Source: Eubacteriales bacterium (GTDB lineage: Bacteria > Bacillota > Clostridia > Oscillospirales > SIG627). From it: a stretch of 43,223 nt of DNA. The DNA is taken from positions 1-43,223 of the forward strand of contig JAZRZQ010000065.1 in the NCBI GenBank assembly GCA_045601445.1. The letters are read 5' to 3'. The position numbers and the translations under genes are program-made. This document shows, piece after piece, positions 18,059 through 27,712 of this stretch (positions are counted from its first letter, which is position 1; the number at the start of each line of letters is the position of its first letter). The notes beneath the pieces are model-generated. The model did not search any database and was not told the DNA's origin. It saw only the letters and a list, made by a program, of their open reading frames with translations.

Positions 18059-18565
18059 ATGGATTTAATTGTTGCAGTGGATTTGAAATGGGGAATCGGA
18101 AAGAAAAACGACCTCTTGTTTCATATTCCCGAGGATATGAGGTTTTTTCGTTCCAAGACGCTTGAAAAGACTGTTATTTTGGGCAAAAACACGCTCTTGA
18201 GCTTTCCCGAGTCGAAGCCGTTACCGAAACGTCATCACCTTCTCTTAACGCATTCTGAAGATCAATTCGGCCCTAGCGTTACGAATATTAAGAGTCTCGA
18301 TGAATTGGAGGAGTATATTCGTACGATTCCTTCCGATGACCTTGTTGTAATTGGCGGTGCTTCCGTTTATGCCCAGCTTTACAAAAAATGCAAATATGCT
18401 TTTGTTACGAAAGTATCTGCTGTGGATACGGCGTGCGATACCTTCTTTCCGAACTTGGATTCTGATCCTGACTTTCGCTTGGTCGAACAAAGCGATTGGA
18501 TGCTTTCCGAAAAGGCGGGTTTGAAGTATTCCTTCTGCAAATACGAAAATATAGCGCTTTTATAA
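18059..18565 (+). CDS. folA: dihydrofolate reductase
   Basis: LIVAVDLKWGIGKKNDLLFHIPEDMRFFRSKT and VIGGASVY motifs. The thyA-folA pairing supports the call. Confidence 0.9.
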   Translation: MDLIVAVDLKWGIGKKNDLLFHIPEDMRFFRSKTLEKTVILGKNTLLSFPESKPLPKRHHLLLTHSEDQFGPSVTNIKSLDELEEYIRTIPSDDLVVIGGASVYAQLYKKCKYAFVTKVSAVDTACDTFFPNLDSDPDFRLVEQSDWMLSEKAGLKYSFCKYENIALL

Positions 18566-18566
18566 C

Positions 18567-18603
18567 GAAAAGAGAAGTCCTTCGAAAGGACTTCTCTTTT
18601 TTG
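18567..18603 (+). terminator. intrinsic terminator after folA
   Basis: About 11-bp stem AGAGAAGTCCT/AGGACTTCTCT followed by TTTTTT. Confidence 0.8.
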
Positions 18604-18636
18604 CATATCTTTTCCTATCTATGAAATAATAATTCT

Positions 18637-19317
18637 ATGTTGAATTTATTGATACGATTTCTGTTTATTTATTTTTTTATGGTCTTCTCCATGAAGTTGA
18701 TGGGAAAGAGACAAGTTGGCGAAATGCAAATGTCCGAGCTTGTGACGGCCTTCTTTCTGTCCGAGCTGGCAACCTTCACCGTTACAGACTCCGATATTCC
18801 TCTGCTGTATGGAATCATCCCCATCCTTTTGCTGATTTGTATGGAGGTGATTATTTCATTTTTTGCCATAAAGAATCCGTTGATGAAGCGTCTGTTTGAT
18901 TTTTCACCGGGGATTCTGATTGATCGCGGGAGAATACTGGAAAAAGAGTTGGCAAGAAACAGAGTGACGATTGATGAACTGCTTAGTTTGCTAAGACAAA
19001 ACGGATTTTTTGATTTAAAGAAGGTGAACTATGCTATTTTAGAACCAAACGGTCAGCTCAGTGTGATCCCTTTTGATCGGGATGATTCCGTGACAAAAAA
19101 GGACCTTGGCTTGACGACGACGAATGAGCCATGCTTTACGGTTGCGGTCATTGATGACGGAAAGATTAATCAAAAGGCGCTGGATGCCATAGGAAAAAAC
19201 GAGGTTTGGGTTAAAAAAATATTAGAAAAACACAGGATCGGTCGTGTGCAGGATGTGTTTTTGATGGCTTCTGATTTTGTCGGAAACGTGACAATGATAA
19301 AAAAGGATATGAAATGA
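18637..19317 (+). CDS. DUF421 (YetF-like) membrane protein
   Basis: An N-terminal TM pair with MGKRQVGEMQMSELV, and a C-terminal soluble domain. The family call is from recall. No clear SD sequence. Confidence 0.78.
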   Translation: MLNLLIRFLFIYFFMVFSMKLMGKRQVGEMQMSELVTAFFLSELATFTVTDSDIPLLYGIIPILLLICMEVIISFFAIKNPLMKRLFDFSPGILIDRGRILEKELARNRVTIDELLSLLRQNGFFDLKKVNYAILEPNGQLSVIPFDRDDSVTKKDLGLTTTNEPCFTVAVIDDGKINQKALDAIGKNEVWVKKILEKHRIGRVQDVFLMASDFVGNVTMIKKDMK

Positions 19318-19697
19318 TGAAGAGCTTTGTTGCCGCATGCTCTATTTTTACGCTGATCCTACTTGCACTCCTGTTTTCCTCTAATCTTTTGGAGCGTAGA
19401 TTAGATGCTTTTGCAGATCTCTTTGACGCTTGCTCGGATTTGGAACAGAGCTTTTCCTCTGATGAAAACAGGGCATTAATTTCTCAAATGATTTCGTCTT
19501 GGGAGCAGGAAGAAAGGCTTTATCACCTGTTTTATTCCCATAGTGCGATTCGGGAGATTAGGGCTTCTCTCGTGCGTTTGCGTGATTCTTCTAACGCAAA
19601 TGATTTCGCACTGTATGTTGATTCTCTTCATTCTCTTGAATTGCAGTTAGAGGTCTTTAGAAGCAATGCAGGGGTTAGTCTTTGGGAGGTGCTATAA
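19314..19697 (+). CDS. DUF4363-like small protein
   Basis: N-terminal TM. Its start overlaps the DUF421 gene's stop by 4 nt, in the position DUF4363 usually occupies. The family call is tentative. Confidence 0.6.
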   Translation: MMKSFVAACSIFTLILLALLFSSNLLERRLDAFADLFDACSDLEQSFSSDENRALISQMISSWEQEERLYHLFYSHSAIREIRASLVRLRDSSNANDFALYVDSLHSLELQLEVFRSNAGVSLWEVL

Positions 19698-20027
19698 AAG
19701 GCTAATTCCATCGAACTCGTGTTCCGATACAATGTGAACGTTTAATCGGTATAGATTAAAATAATCCATCAATTCTATATTGGAAAGCTTGGTTTTTGCA
19801 TCCGTAATAAAAACGATGCTTCCGAGTGCGGCGTTTCCCGCTGCTGTCCCTTGTATTGTGACAATCAGATCAAGTGTATCTACAATTTCACGCTCCTCCT
19901 TGCCTCTTATGTCCACAAAAAGAGACCCTTTGATCCTGCGATGACGATAAAAGAAATAGTCTAAGATCCGAATGGCAAGCAATACGATACCGAGTGAAGA
20001 AAAAAATGCTAATATGATTTCAGACAT
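19692..20027 (-). CDS. hypothetical single-pass membrane protein
   Basis: TM EIILAFFSSLGIVLLAIRIL. Start set at ATG 20027, 7 nt after GGAGGG. The 3' end overlaps the convergent gene by 6 nt. Confidence 0.55.
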   Translation of the reverse strand: MSEIILAFFSSLGIVLLAIRILDYFFYRHRRIKGSLFVDIRGKEEREIVDTLDLIVTIQGTAAGNAALGSIVFITDAKTKLSNIELMDYFNLYRLNVHIVSEHEFDGISLL

Positions 20028-20081
20028 ATCCATTCCCTCCGATTTTATACTATGCCGGGGAAAGAATTATGTTCTCGTATC

Positions 20082-20113
20082 AAAAAAAGCCGCTGTGAGG
20101 CGGCCTTTTTTTA
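20082..20113. terminator. bidirectional intrinsic terminator
   Basis: GC-rich stem GCCGC/GCGGC (20089-20104), with an A7 run before it and a T7 run after it. Confidence 0.6.
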
Positions 20114-20926
20114 TCCTTGTGAAATTGTTATGTTTTCTCCGTCCGAGCGGATCTGAACGGAACCGTAGCGCGTCTGGTAAAGATGAATGTTTCGCTGCTC
20201 GCAAAGCTGGACGATTTTCTCGTCACCCGGATTTTTGTCTGAATTACAGGCTACTGCGTATTTCGGACTGACCTGATCGAGAAAGAACTCGTAGTTGTCA
20301 AGGTAATTGGCGTGATAGGGAAGCTTGATAAAATCAAAACTCGCTTGACCGTCCGACAGCCATTCCTGCAGGCGAAGCTCCATCGCATCCGCGCAGAATA
20401 GAAAACGATTGTTTTCATGGGAAAGCGAAACGATCAATGACGCGTTGTTGTCTTCCTTTTTTGAATAGGAATCATTTTTGGGAGGATCAACGATAAAATT
20501 CATCGTTCCGATTGTAAATTGAACGGGATCGGAAAGTTTTGTTATGCTTTTATTCTGCTCGGAAATGACTTTGTGGTAGGCAGTATATTCAAAACGGTCG
20601 GAGACAAAATCTGATTCAAGGATCTGTTTTACGTCGATTTCATTACAAACGGTGGCTGCCCCGCCGATGTGATCCTTATCAAAATGCGTCAAAATCAGGG
20701 TGTCGATCACGGTAATATTCTGCATCTGCAAATAGGCAAGGATTTCAGGCGCGTTTTCTTCCTCTCCCGTGTCGATCATCACAGTTTTCTCACCTTGACG
20801 GATGATAATGCAATCGGCTTTTCCAATGCTCAAAACGTCGATTGTCATTGACTCCGAATGCGTTGACGAGCAAGATGCGAGAAAAACGAAAGTGAGTATC
20901 ATCACAAAAACAGTAATTTTCTTCAT
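20111..20926 (-). CDS. MBL-fold metallo-hydrolase lipoprotein (ComEC C-terminal-domain-like)
   Basis: Lipobox FLASC. Metal motif ILTHFDKDHIGG. Start set at ATG 20926 after AAAGGAG. Confidence 0.8.
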   Translation of the reverse strand: MKKITVFVMILTFVFLASCSSTHSESMTIDVLSIGKADCIIIRQGEKTVMIDTGEEENAPEILAYLQMQNITVIDTLILTHFDKDHIGGAATVCNEIDVKQILESDFVSDRFEYTAYHKVISEQNKSITKLSDPVQFTIGTMNFIVDPPKNDSYSKKEDNNASLIVSLSHENNRFLFCADAMELRLQEWLSDGQASFDFIKLPYHANYLDNYEFFLDQVSPKYAVACNSDKNPGDEKIVQLCEQRNIHLYQTRYGSVQIRSDGENITISQG

Positions 20927-20988
20927 CAGGTAGCTCCTTTCCTTATTTATCATTATATCACTCGCCTTGTTTGTTTGCAAGTTAACGG

Positions 20989-21017
20989 TTGCAAAACGAT
21001 GTGTTTTTTGCTATAAT
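20989..21017 (+). promoter_or_regulatory. sigma-A-type promoter TTGCAA-17-TATAAT
   Basis: Hexamers at 20989-20994 and 21012-21017. Confidence 0.5.
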
Positions 21018-21031
21018 TTGAAAAGGGGGGG

Positions 21032-21571
21032 ATGACTATGATTGAATATTCCGTGATTCGCTCGGCAAGAAAAACCTGCTGTATCGAAATCGATCGTGAT
21101 GCGCGCGTTGTTGTTCGCGTTCCTTGGCTTTATCCGACCAAAAAGATCGATGAGCTGGTGCGCTCCAAGGAAAAATGGATCGCAAGCCACCTTGATCGTA
21201 TGCTGAAGATCCCACCCTCAAAAATTGTAAGTCATTCAGAGCGAGAAGAGCTTCGTCAAAAGGCGAAAGAGATTCTCCCCGAACGTGTTTTTCAAATTGC
21301 CAAGCAATTTGAACTTCGCTATCGTTCTGTACGAATATCCGTTGCAGAAAAGCGCTTTGGTAGCTGTAGTGCGGATCATCGGATTTCCTTGAGCTGTTAT
21401 TTGATCTTATATCCGCAGGATTTGATTGATTATATTATTTTGCACGAGCTGTGTCACACCGTTGAGCACAATCATTCCGCTTCTTTTTACCGTCTGCTGG
21501 ACCGTTGGATGCCGGATTGGAGATCAAGAAAGAGAATGCTCGCTCAGATGCCCTTGCCGCATTGTGTTTGA
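21032..21571 (+). CDS. YgjP-like (DUF45 / M48-related) metal-dependent hydrolase
   Basis: HELCHTVEHNHS zinc motif (HExxH) near the C-terminus. Size is 179 aa. Confidence 0.8.
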   Translation: MTMIEYSVIRSARKTCCIEIDRDARVVVRVPWLYPTKKIDELVRSKEKWIASHLDRMLKIPPSKIVSHSEREELRQKAKEILPERVFQIAKQFELRYRSVRISVAEKRFGSCSADHRISLSCYLILYPQDLIDYIILHELCHTVEHNHSASFYRLLDRWMPDWRSRKRMLAQMPLPHCV

Positions 21572-21591
21572 GCATAAAAAAGGAAAAAAAT

Positions 21592-23475
21592 ATGTTTTTA
21601 CCGATAACAAGAAATGAAATGTTGTCAAGAGGATGGGATCGTCCCGATGTCGTTCTCGTTACGGGCGATGCCTATGTTGACCATCCAAGCTTTGGTACTG
21701 CCATTATTTCCCGTGTTCTTGAGAATGCAGGCTATCGTGTTTGCATTCTTCCTCAGCCTCAATGCGATGAGGATTATTTGCAATTTGGAGAGCCGAGGCT
21801 TGGATTTTTCGTAAACGGCGGAAATATTGATTCAATGGTAGCGCATTATACCGTTGCCAAACGTCGCAGAACGACTGACTACTACAGCCCCGGGGGAAAA
21901 ATGGGTCTGCGGCCGGATCGTGCTACGATTGTGTATTGTAAAGCGATTCGCTCGCTATTTCCCGATGCATTTATTGCTATCGGTGGGGTTGAGGCATCGC
22001 TTCGCCGCTTTGCTCATTACGATTATTGGGATAATTGTGTGAAGCCTTCCATTTTGGTTGAATCCGATGCTGATATCCTGATGTACGGAATGGGAGAAAA
22101 GCAGGTCGTCTCGATCTGTGAATTAATATCAGAAGGGAATTATGAGTCCTTAAAAAAGATCCGCGGTACCTGCGTTTTGATGCCGAAGGACTGGTGTGTT
22201 CCGACTGATGTTCTCCTGATTCCATCTTTGGATGAAGTCAAACCTCAGACCTCGAACGGTTTTCGAGCATACGCGGACTCTTGCCGCATTCAGCAAGAGG
22301 AGCACGATGCCGTTCGCGGGAGAGCGATCGCTCAACGGCATAAAGAAGGCTTTGTGCTTCAAAACCGCCCAATGCCTCTTTTGACCACGAAAGAACTTGA
22401 TGCCGTGTATGATCTTCCGTATGAAAGAGAGTATCACCCGTCCTACGTTCCCCTTGGCGGTGTTCCTGCGATTGAGGAGGTAAAATTCTCCATCACACAT
22501 AATAGAGGTTGTTTTGGCGCTTGCAACTTTTGTGCTATCGCCTATCACCAGGGAAGAGCTGTTGTATCGCGTAGCAAAGAATCTATTTTAAAAGAAGCGC
22601 GGCTTCTCACTCAAAAGTCTGATTTTAAAGGGTATCTTCACGATGTCGGCGGCCCGACTGCCAATTTTCGTCATCCATCCTGCGAGTATCAAAAGCAGAG
22701 CGGTCTTTGCCCCTCAAAGAAATGTTTGGCACCAAAGCCTTGTCCCAACCTTGTTGTTTCTCATCGTGAGTATCTTGACATTCTGCGATCGCTTCGAGCA
22801 TTACCGAAAGTCAAAAAAGTGTTTGTTCGCTCAGGTATTCGTTTCGATTACGTGATGTCGGATCCCGATGAAACCTTCTTCAAAGAGCTGGTTCGCGAGC
22901 ACGTGAGCGGTCAACTTAAGGTTGCGCCGGAGCATTGCTCTGATTTCGTTCTGTCAGCGATGGGAAAACCGAAGTTTTCCGTTTATAAAAGATTTCAAAA
23001 ACGTTTTTATGAACTAACCAAGTCGATCGGTAAAAAGCAGTATCTCGTTCCGTATTTAATGTCTTCGCACCCCGGCTCCACCATTCATGATGCGATTGAA
23101 TTGGCACTTTTCTTAAAGCAAGAAAAGATGCATCCGGAGCAGGTTCAGGATTTTTATCCGACACCGGGAACCGTCTCAACTTGTATGTTCTACACGGGTC
23201 TTGATCCATATACGCTTCGCGAGATTTTTGTCCCCAAAAGCAGAGAAGATAAGATGAAGCAACGAGCCCTGCTTCAATACTACAAGCCGGAGAACCGAAG
23301 TCTGATTACGGAAACCCTGATCGAGGCAGGCCGAGAGGATTTGATCGGATACGGGCCCGATTGCCTCGTTCCTCCGAAAACTATGACGCCAAAGCAAGAA
23401 CATAAGGTGAATAAGCCCGCGGCCTCGAAACGAAAAACGTCTCTTACGAAGCATTTAAAAAAGCGAAAAAAATAA
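21592..23475 (+). CDS. ygiQ: YgiQ-family radical SAM protein (UPF0313)
   Basis: N-terminus MFLPITRNEMLSRGWDRPDVVLVTGDAYVDHPSFG, radical SAM cluster motif CFGACNFC, and a Lys-rich tail. Start moved from 21505 to ATG 21592. Confidence 0.9.
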   Translation: MFLPITRNEMLSRGWDRPDVVLVTGDAYVDHPSFGTAIISRVLENAGYRVCILPQPQCDEDYLQFGEPRLGFFVNGGNIDSMVAHYTVAKRRRTTDYYSPGGKMGLRPDRATIVYCKAIRSLFPDAFIAIGGVEASLRRFAHYDYWDNCVKPSILVESDADILMYGMGEKQVVSICELISEGNYESLKKIRGTCVLMPKDWCVPTDVLLIPSLDEVKPQTSNGFRAYADSCRIQQEEHDAVRGRAIAQRHKEGFVLQNRPMPLLTTKELDAVYDLPYEREYHPSYVPLGGVPAIEEVKFSITHNRGCFGACNFCAIAYHQGRAVVSRSKESILKEARLLTQKSDFKGYLHDVGGPTANFRHPSCEYQKQSGLCPSKKCLAPKPCPNLVVSHREYLDILRSLRALPKVKKVFVRSGIRFDYVMSDPDETFFKELVREHVSGQLKVAPEHCSDFVLSAMGKPKFSVYKRFQKRFYELTKSIGKKQYLVPYLMSSHPGSTIHDAIELALFLKQEKMHPEQVQDFYPTPGTVSTCMFYTGLDPYTLREIFVPKSREDKMKQRALLQYYKPENRSLITETLIEAGREDLIGYGPDCLVPPKTMTPKQEHKVNKPAASKRKTSLTKHLKKRKK

Positions 23476-23501
23476 TGGAGTCAATCGACTCCATTATTTT
23501 T

Positions 23502-24647
23502 TTACTCCATATAATCGAGAATGTACTGAACAAAAAGATTTGGCGCAACATCGAGTGCTTTCTCGTTGATGACCGTCTTGCCGTTGTGCAGCGGGATCAT
23601 GCGGCCATCATCGGGCTGAACGCCGAGAGAAACCATTGCGGCGGGCTTGAGAAGGGAATAGTAAGCAAAATCCTCGGCGCCCATGCTTTTTGGTCTTTCT
23701 GCAACGCATCCTGCTCCGTAAAGCTTTTCGGCAGAGGCAACAAGTTTGTCGACCGTCTTATGATCATTAAAGAGGCAGGGATAGAACTTTGTCGTTTCGA
23801 TTTCAAAGCTTGCGCCAAGCTCCTTGGTGACACTATCACAGATGTCGGTAATTCTGCGGTAGACGTATTCATCAACTTGGGTATTCATGGCGCGGATCGT
23901 GCCGTGCATCATCACGTTATCGCAGATGATGTTGTTTGCAGCACCGCCGTGGATCTCGCCGATTCCTACTACCACCGGCTCAAAGGGATCAAGTTCGCGT
24001 GCTCTCATCACCTGAATATCGTTGTAGATTCTGGCGGCCATTGCAATCGCATCAATTCCTTGTTGCGGGCGAGCAACGTGTGCACTCTTTCCGTGAAGAT
24101 GGATCTTGAAGCCGTGGCTGGAGGCGTTCATACAAGTTTTATTCAAATGAAGCAGGCCGGCGGGCTTGAGCGTATTAACGTGGCAAGCCAAAATGGTGTC
24201 GACCTCATCCATAAGTCCGCTGTCGCAGATCGGCTTTGCACCGCCGGGCCCCTCTTCGGCGGATTGGAAAATGAGCTTAATACAGCATTTGATCTCTTTT
24301 TCCATTTTTTTGAGTGCTTTTGCGGTTCCCAAGAGCATTGCTGCATGGCAATCGTGACCGCAGGCGTGCATCTTACCGGGGTGCTTGGACGAGAAGGGAA
24401 GGCCGGACTGCTCCTGAATGGGGAGCGCATCAATATCGGCGCGAAGCGCAATCGTCTGATTGCCAACACCCTCGTTAATGGTTGCGACGATGCTTGAGAT
24501 CCCGTATTTTTCGGTATACGAGATTCCCAATTCGTCCAACTCGCGACGGATGATTTTGAGCGTTTCATCAAGGTCATAGCCGATTTCGGGCACTTGGTGA
24601 AGCTCTCTTCTTACACGAATAATGTAATCAAGATCAATTCTGTTCAT
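23502..24647 (-). CDS. M20-family amidohydrolase (N-acyl-amino acid amidohydrolase / hippurate hydrolase-like)
   Basis: RRELHQVPE, MHACGHDCH and GGGAEDF-like (MGAEDFAYY) motifs. Confidence 0.88.
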   Translation of the reverse strand: MNRIDLDYIIRVRRELHQVPEIGYDLDETLKIIRRELDELGISYTEKYGISSIVATINEGVGNQTIALRADIDALPIQEQSGLPFSSKHPGKMHACGHDCHAAMLLGTAKALKKMEKEIKCCIKLIFQSAEEGPGGAKPICDSGLMDEVDTILACHVNTLKPAGLLHLNKTCMNASSHGFKIHLHGKSAHVARPQQGIDAIAMAARIYNDIQVMRARELDPFEPVVVGIGEIHGGAANNIICDNVMMHGTIRAMNTQVDEYVYRRITDICDSVTKELGASFEIETTKFYPCLFNDHKTVDKLVASAEKLYGAGCVAERPKSMGAEDFAYYSLLKPAAMVSLGVQPDDGRMIPLHNGKTVINEKALDVAPNLFVQYILDYME

Positions 24648-24666
24648 AATTACTCCTTAATGGTTT

Positions 24667-25239
24667 TTAATCAATGTTGTATTCTTGTAAAAAATGCTTG
24701 ATTTCTCTGTAAAGCCTTGAAATGGGAAGACCGACAATGTTGGAATAGTCTCCTTCGATTCTCCTTACAAATTTCGCCCCTTTTTCCTGGATTGCGTATG
24801 CGCCCGCTTTACCAATCGGTTCACCGGTCTTAATGTATTCGTCAATTTCGGAATCCTCAAGGGGATAGAAGGTAACGTAGCTTTCCTCGAAAAAAGTTTC
24901 CGAAAAGCCACGACAGGTGATACAGCATCCGGTAATTACCTTGTGTTCTCGACCGGAGAGCGCATGGAGCATGCGGGAGGCATCGGCGTCATCGCTTGGT
25001 TTCCCGAAAATGACTCCGTCCAGCAAAACAACGGTATCTGCTGTGATTATGAAATCGTTAGGATGCTTGGCAGAAAGAGCAAGAGCTTTTTGAGCCGCCA
25101 AATAGACGGGTGCAAATTCCGCTCCGATCTCATCGGGAACGGTTTCTTCGATATCGGCGGGAAGTATGATAAACTCGGGATATAGCCGCTTCAACAGTTC
25201 TTTTCTTCTCGGGGAGGCTGAGCCTAAAACTATATTCAT
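24667..25239 (-). CDS. maf: Maf-family nucleoside triphosphate pyrophosphatase
   Basis: IVLGSASPRRKELL, ITADTVV, and KAGAYAIQEKG...IEGDYSNIVGLP. Confidence 0.9.
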   Translation of the reverse strand: MNIVLGSASPRRKELLKRLYPEFIILPADIEETVPDEIGAEFAPVYLAAQKALALSAKHPNDFIITADTVVLLDGVIFGKPSDDADASRMLHALSGREHKVITGCCITCRGFSETFFEESYVTFYPLEDSEIDEYIKTGEPIGKAGAYAIQEKGAKFVRRIEGDYSNIVGLPISRLYREIKHFLQEYNID

Positions 25240-26450
25240 TCGTTTGCTTCCTCGTTATTTTTCTCTGAGATAAACATCTTTGGATTGATTAAAATAAAAA
25301 CGATCATAAAGCCGGTCTGAGGCCAAAAGAGAGTGATGTCGGCCATACCGTTCACCAGAACACCTACCGCAATGGAAAGCATAAATGATAATGACAGCTT
25401 ATCCGTTGCCTTGACGGCGGCTTTGACGTTACAGACCATTTTCTTGATGCAATATGCGGCGATACTGAAGGTGCCGCACAGGCCGAAGTTTAGGAGTAAT
25501 TCCACGTAAAGATTGTGTGCGTGAAGAGCATAAAAGCTTGCGTTGCTGTAATGCTCCCAAATACCGCTGTAGGAGTAATAGCCACAGCCGAAGATCGGGT
25601 GATCCGCAAAACAGCGAAGTGCCGCCTTCCAAATTCCGAGCCGGAAGTCAAGATAAGATCCCGAGGAGTCGAAGCGTGGCAGAAGAGTTGGGTGATAAAT
25701 TAACAGAACGACAAACGCGGCGAGTGCGGTAAGTAAAACGAAGGAAAATTTCCTGTGGTAAAAGAAGAAAAATACCAAAATGGAGATCGATGCGGCAATA
25801 TACGCTGTTCTTGTTTGGCAAAGCCAAAGGCCCGCTACGTTAGAGAAAAAGGAGATCGCAAACAGAATCTTTTCCCATTTCGCTTTAGCAGAAAAGAAGC
25901 AAAACAGGGAAACGATCACCATAATCTCGATCATGGTGCCGTAGTAATTCTCGTTGATAAACATAGAAGGAAAACGATTCGGTCTATCAATGCTTGCGGG
26001 AAGATTGTTGATCTTCTGAACGATGGCAACAACAAGACAGCCGATGCTGAGAATGCAAGAAAGCTTCATCCCCATCAAATAGGCGCGCTTTGTCATAATA
26101 TTGATAAAAAAGAAAATGTCAAAGCAAAGAATGATGATACCGATGGAAAGGAGCTTTAAATAATCTGCTTTCAGCAAAAAAGTGCCAAGCATAGCATCTT
26201 TGGCATTTAAGAACGTAGATAATGCGGCGCTGAAGGCAAAGATCAGCAGAAAATACTCATATTTATGAACAGGTAAAGCCTTCTTTGCTTGCTTTGTAAA
26301 AAGCATATAAAACGGAAGCAGCAAAATGAGCGCTGCGATAAAAAAAACAGAGACAAAGGCAGAAAGCACAAGCAGAAGAACGAGAAGCTCGTTCATCGTG
26401 AGCTTGGAAAACAAAGCGTTTGATTTGTTTTCGCGATCAAGTGCTTTCAT
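25236..26450 (-). CDS. O-antigen ligase / Wzy_C-family polytopic membrane protein
   Basis: At least 10 TM helices and a Wzy_C-like motif ALHAHNLYVELLLNFGLCG. Start set at ATG 26450 after GGAGA (alternative 26471). Confidence 0.75.
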   Translation of the reverse strand: MKALDRENKSNALFSKLTMNELLVLLLVLSAFVSVFFIAALILLLPFYMLFTKQAKKALPVHKYEYFLLIFAFSAALSTFLNAKDAMLGTFLLKADYLKLLSIGIIILCFDIFFFINIMTKRAYLMGMKLSCILSIGCLVVAIVQKINNLPASIDRPNRFPSMFINENYYGTMIEIMVIVSLFCFFSAKAKWEKILFAISFFSNVAGLWLCQTRTAYIAASISILVFFFFYHRKFSFVLLTALAAFVVLLIYHPTLLPRFDSSGSYLDFRLGIWKAALRCFADHPIFGCGYYSYSGIWEHYSNASFYALHAHNLYVELLLNFGLCGTFSIAAYCIKKMVCNVKAAVKATDKLSLSFMLSIAVGVLVNGMADITLFWPQTGFMIVFILINPKMFISEKNNEEANE

Positions 26451-26510
26451 TTTGTCTCCGTTAAGAATCATCAGGCGTTTCGTTGTTAAAACATTTCTTT
26501 GACTGACATA

Positions 26511-26539
26511 ATTATACTGTAAAGCAAAGTAAATGTCAA
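26511..26539 (-). promoter_or_regulatory. consensus sigma-A promoter TTGACA-17-TATAAT on the minus strand
   Basis: The -35 is at 26539-26534 and the -10 at 26516-26511. It lies upstream of the Wzy-like/maf/M20 gene string. Confidence 0.55.
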
Positions 26540-26576
26540 GGTGAAAGAGGGCCGATTCATTTGCTTCTTCGACACT

Positions 26577-27656
26577 TTAACCTTTTTCCGGAATAATTCG
26601 TTCTATCAGTGAATTTGAGAATGCCTCCAATGCAATGAAATCCATAGAAGCAACGTAGATTGCTTCTAATTGCGTGTGAAGCTGTGATGCCTGTTGAAAC
26701 GCCTCGGTTGCACCTGCATATAATTCCTGACAGCACTTTTTTGCAAAGCGAATCTTCTGTCGATTCTCATGAATTGTATTTTGATCCAAGAAACGGTTCA
26801 TATTCACATAATGATAGTCCTTACCCTTGAGTTCTGAAGCGTAATTTCGCTTGCCGATTTGAACACAAAGTCTTATGGATGGGAAATATATTGCACAGGG
26901 ATATTCTGGGAAAATCGGATCGGGGCTGAGCCAAACCTCGGTTTTGCTGTTTTTTGCCTTTTGATAGATCTCTTGCAAAAATAACTTTCCGGAATGAAGA
27001 ACGTCCTCAACAATATAGATTGTGTCGCTGTTTTTCATAAAACTGTCAAGATAGGTGACTCCTTCGTGATTAAAGGCCGAAACAATGCGAATTTCCTCTG
27101 CTCCGCAGGCTTGCTTTTGTATTCTTCGATCAAACGTTCGATCAATCATTTTACTCATTTTTTCTTGATTTAATGTGCCGATTGATAATTTGAACGTTTC
27201 CTTTTCAATTTCGCCTGCAGATTTTAAAAATCGGAATGCTCGCAGATACCATTGCTTTTTTTGTCGAATCAGATTGAGGATCTCACGACGCTGAGAAAGT
27301 ATCTTATCCCGATTCCAAAAAATACCGAGATTCACAATCGTTTCGACTGCTCCCGGATACTGAGGGTCAACGGTATGCGGACTTGTTCCATCAATGACAG
27401 ATAGCTTCAACTCAGGAATTAAAATTCCGTCCAGCGAAACAGGATCGGAGGAACAATAAAATCTATGCACTTCATAGTTCCTTTTTGATGCTTCATTGGC
27501 AATTTTTCTCATCAGCGATGACTTTCCCGTTCCCGGTCCGCCTTTTAAAATAAAAATTTGCTCGGACTTGTCGGGATCAAAAATCTTATCGAAGTAGCTT
27601 TTAAATCCGTTTGGAGTGTTCATCGCTGCAAAAAAAGAAAAGTGTTCCTGTAACAT
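26577..27656 (-). CDS. uncharacterised P-loop ATPase (resembles the family annotated PRK06851 in Bacillus and Clostridia)
   Basis: ILKGGPGTGKSSLM Walker A, then CSSDPVSLDGILIPELKLSVIDGTSPH. The family assignment is from memory only. Confidence 0.72.
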   Translation of the reverse strand: MLQEHFSFFAAMNTPNGFKSYFDKIFDPDKSEQIFILKGGPGTGKSSLMRKIANEASKRNYEVHRFYCSSDPVSLDGILIPELKLSVIDGTSPHTVDPQYPGAVETIVNLGIFWNRDKILSQRREILNLIRQKKQWYLRAFRFLKSAGEIEKETFKLSIGTLNQEKMSKMIDRTFDRRIQKQACGAEEIRIVSAFNHEGVTYLDSFMKNSDTIYIVEDVLHSGKLFLQEIYQKAKNSKTEVWLSPDPIFPEYPCAIYFPSIRLCVQIGKRNYASELKGKDYHYVNMNRFLDQNTIHENRQKIRFAKKCCQELYAGATEAFQQASQLHTQLEAIYVASMDFIALEAFSNSLIERIIPEKG

Positions 27657-27659
27657 AAG

Positions 27660-27707
27660 ACGCCTCTCTTCCGAAAATACTTACTGTATCTTATGAAAGA
27701 GAGGCGT
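27660..27707 (-). promoter_or_regulatory. 11-bp hairpin in the pcrA-ATPase intergenic region that includes the ATPase Shine-Dalgarno
   Basis: 27660-27670 pairs perfectly with 27697-27707, with a 26-nt loop. On the mRNA strand, the arm AAGAGAGGCGT ends 3 nt before the ATG at 27656. Confidence 0.4.
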
Positions 27708-27712
27708 ATTTG

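Noticed and set aside
23475-24497. 340-aa ORF on the + strand
   Set aside because: It lies entirely antisense to the M20 amidohydrolase gene, which has clear catalytic motifs. The product has low-complexity composition, no RBS and no recognisable motifs. Long antisense frames like this are a common artefact.
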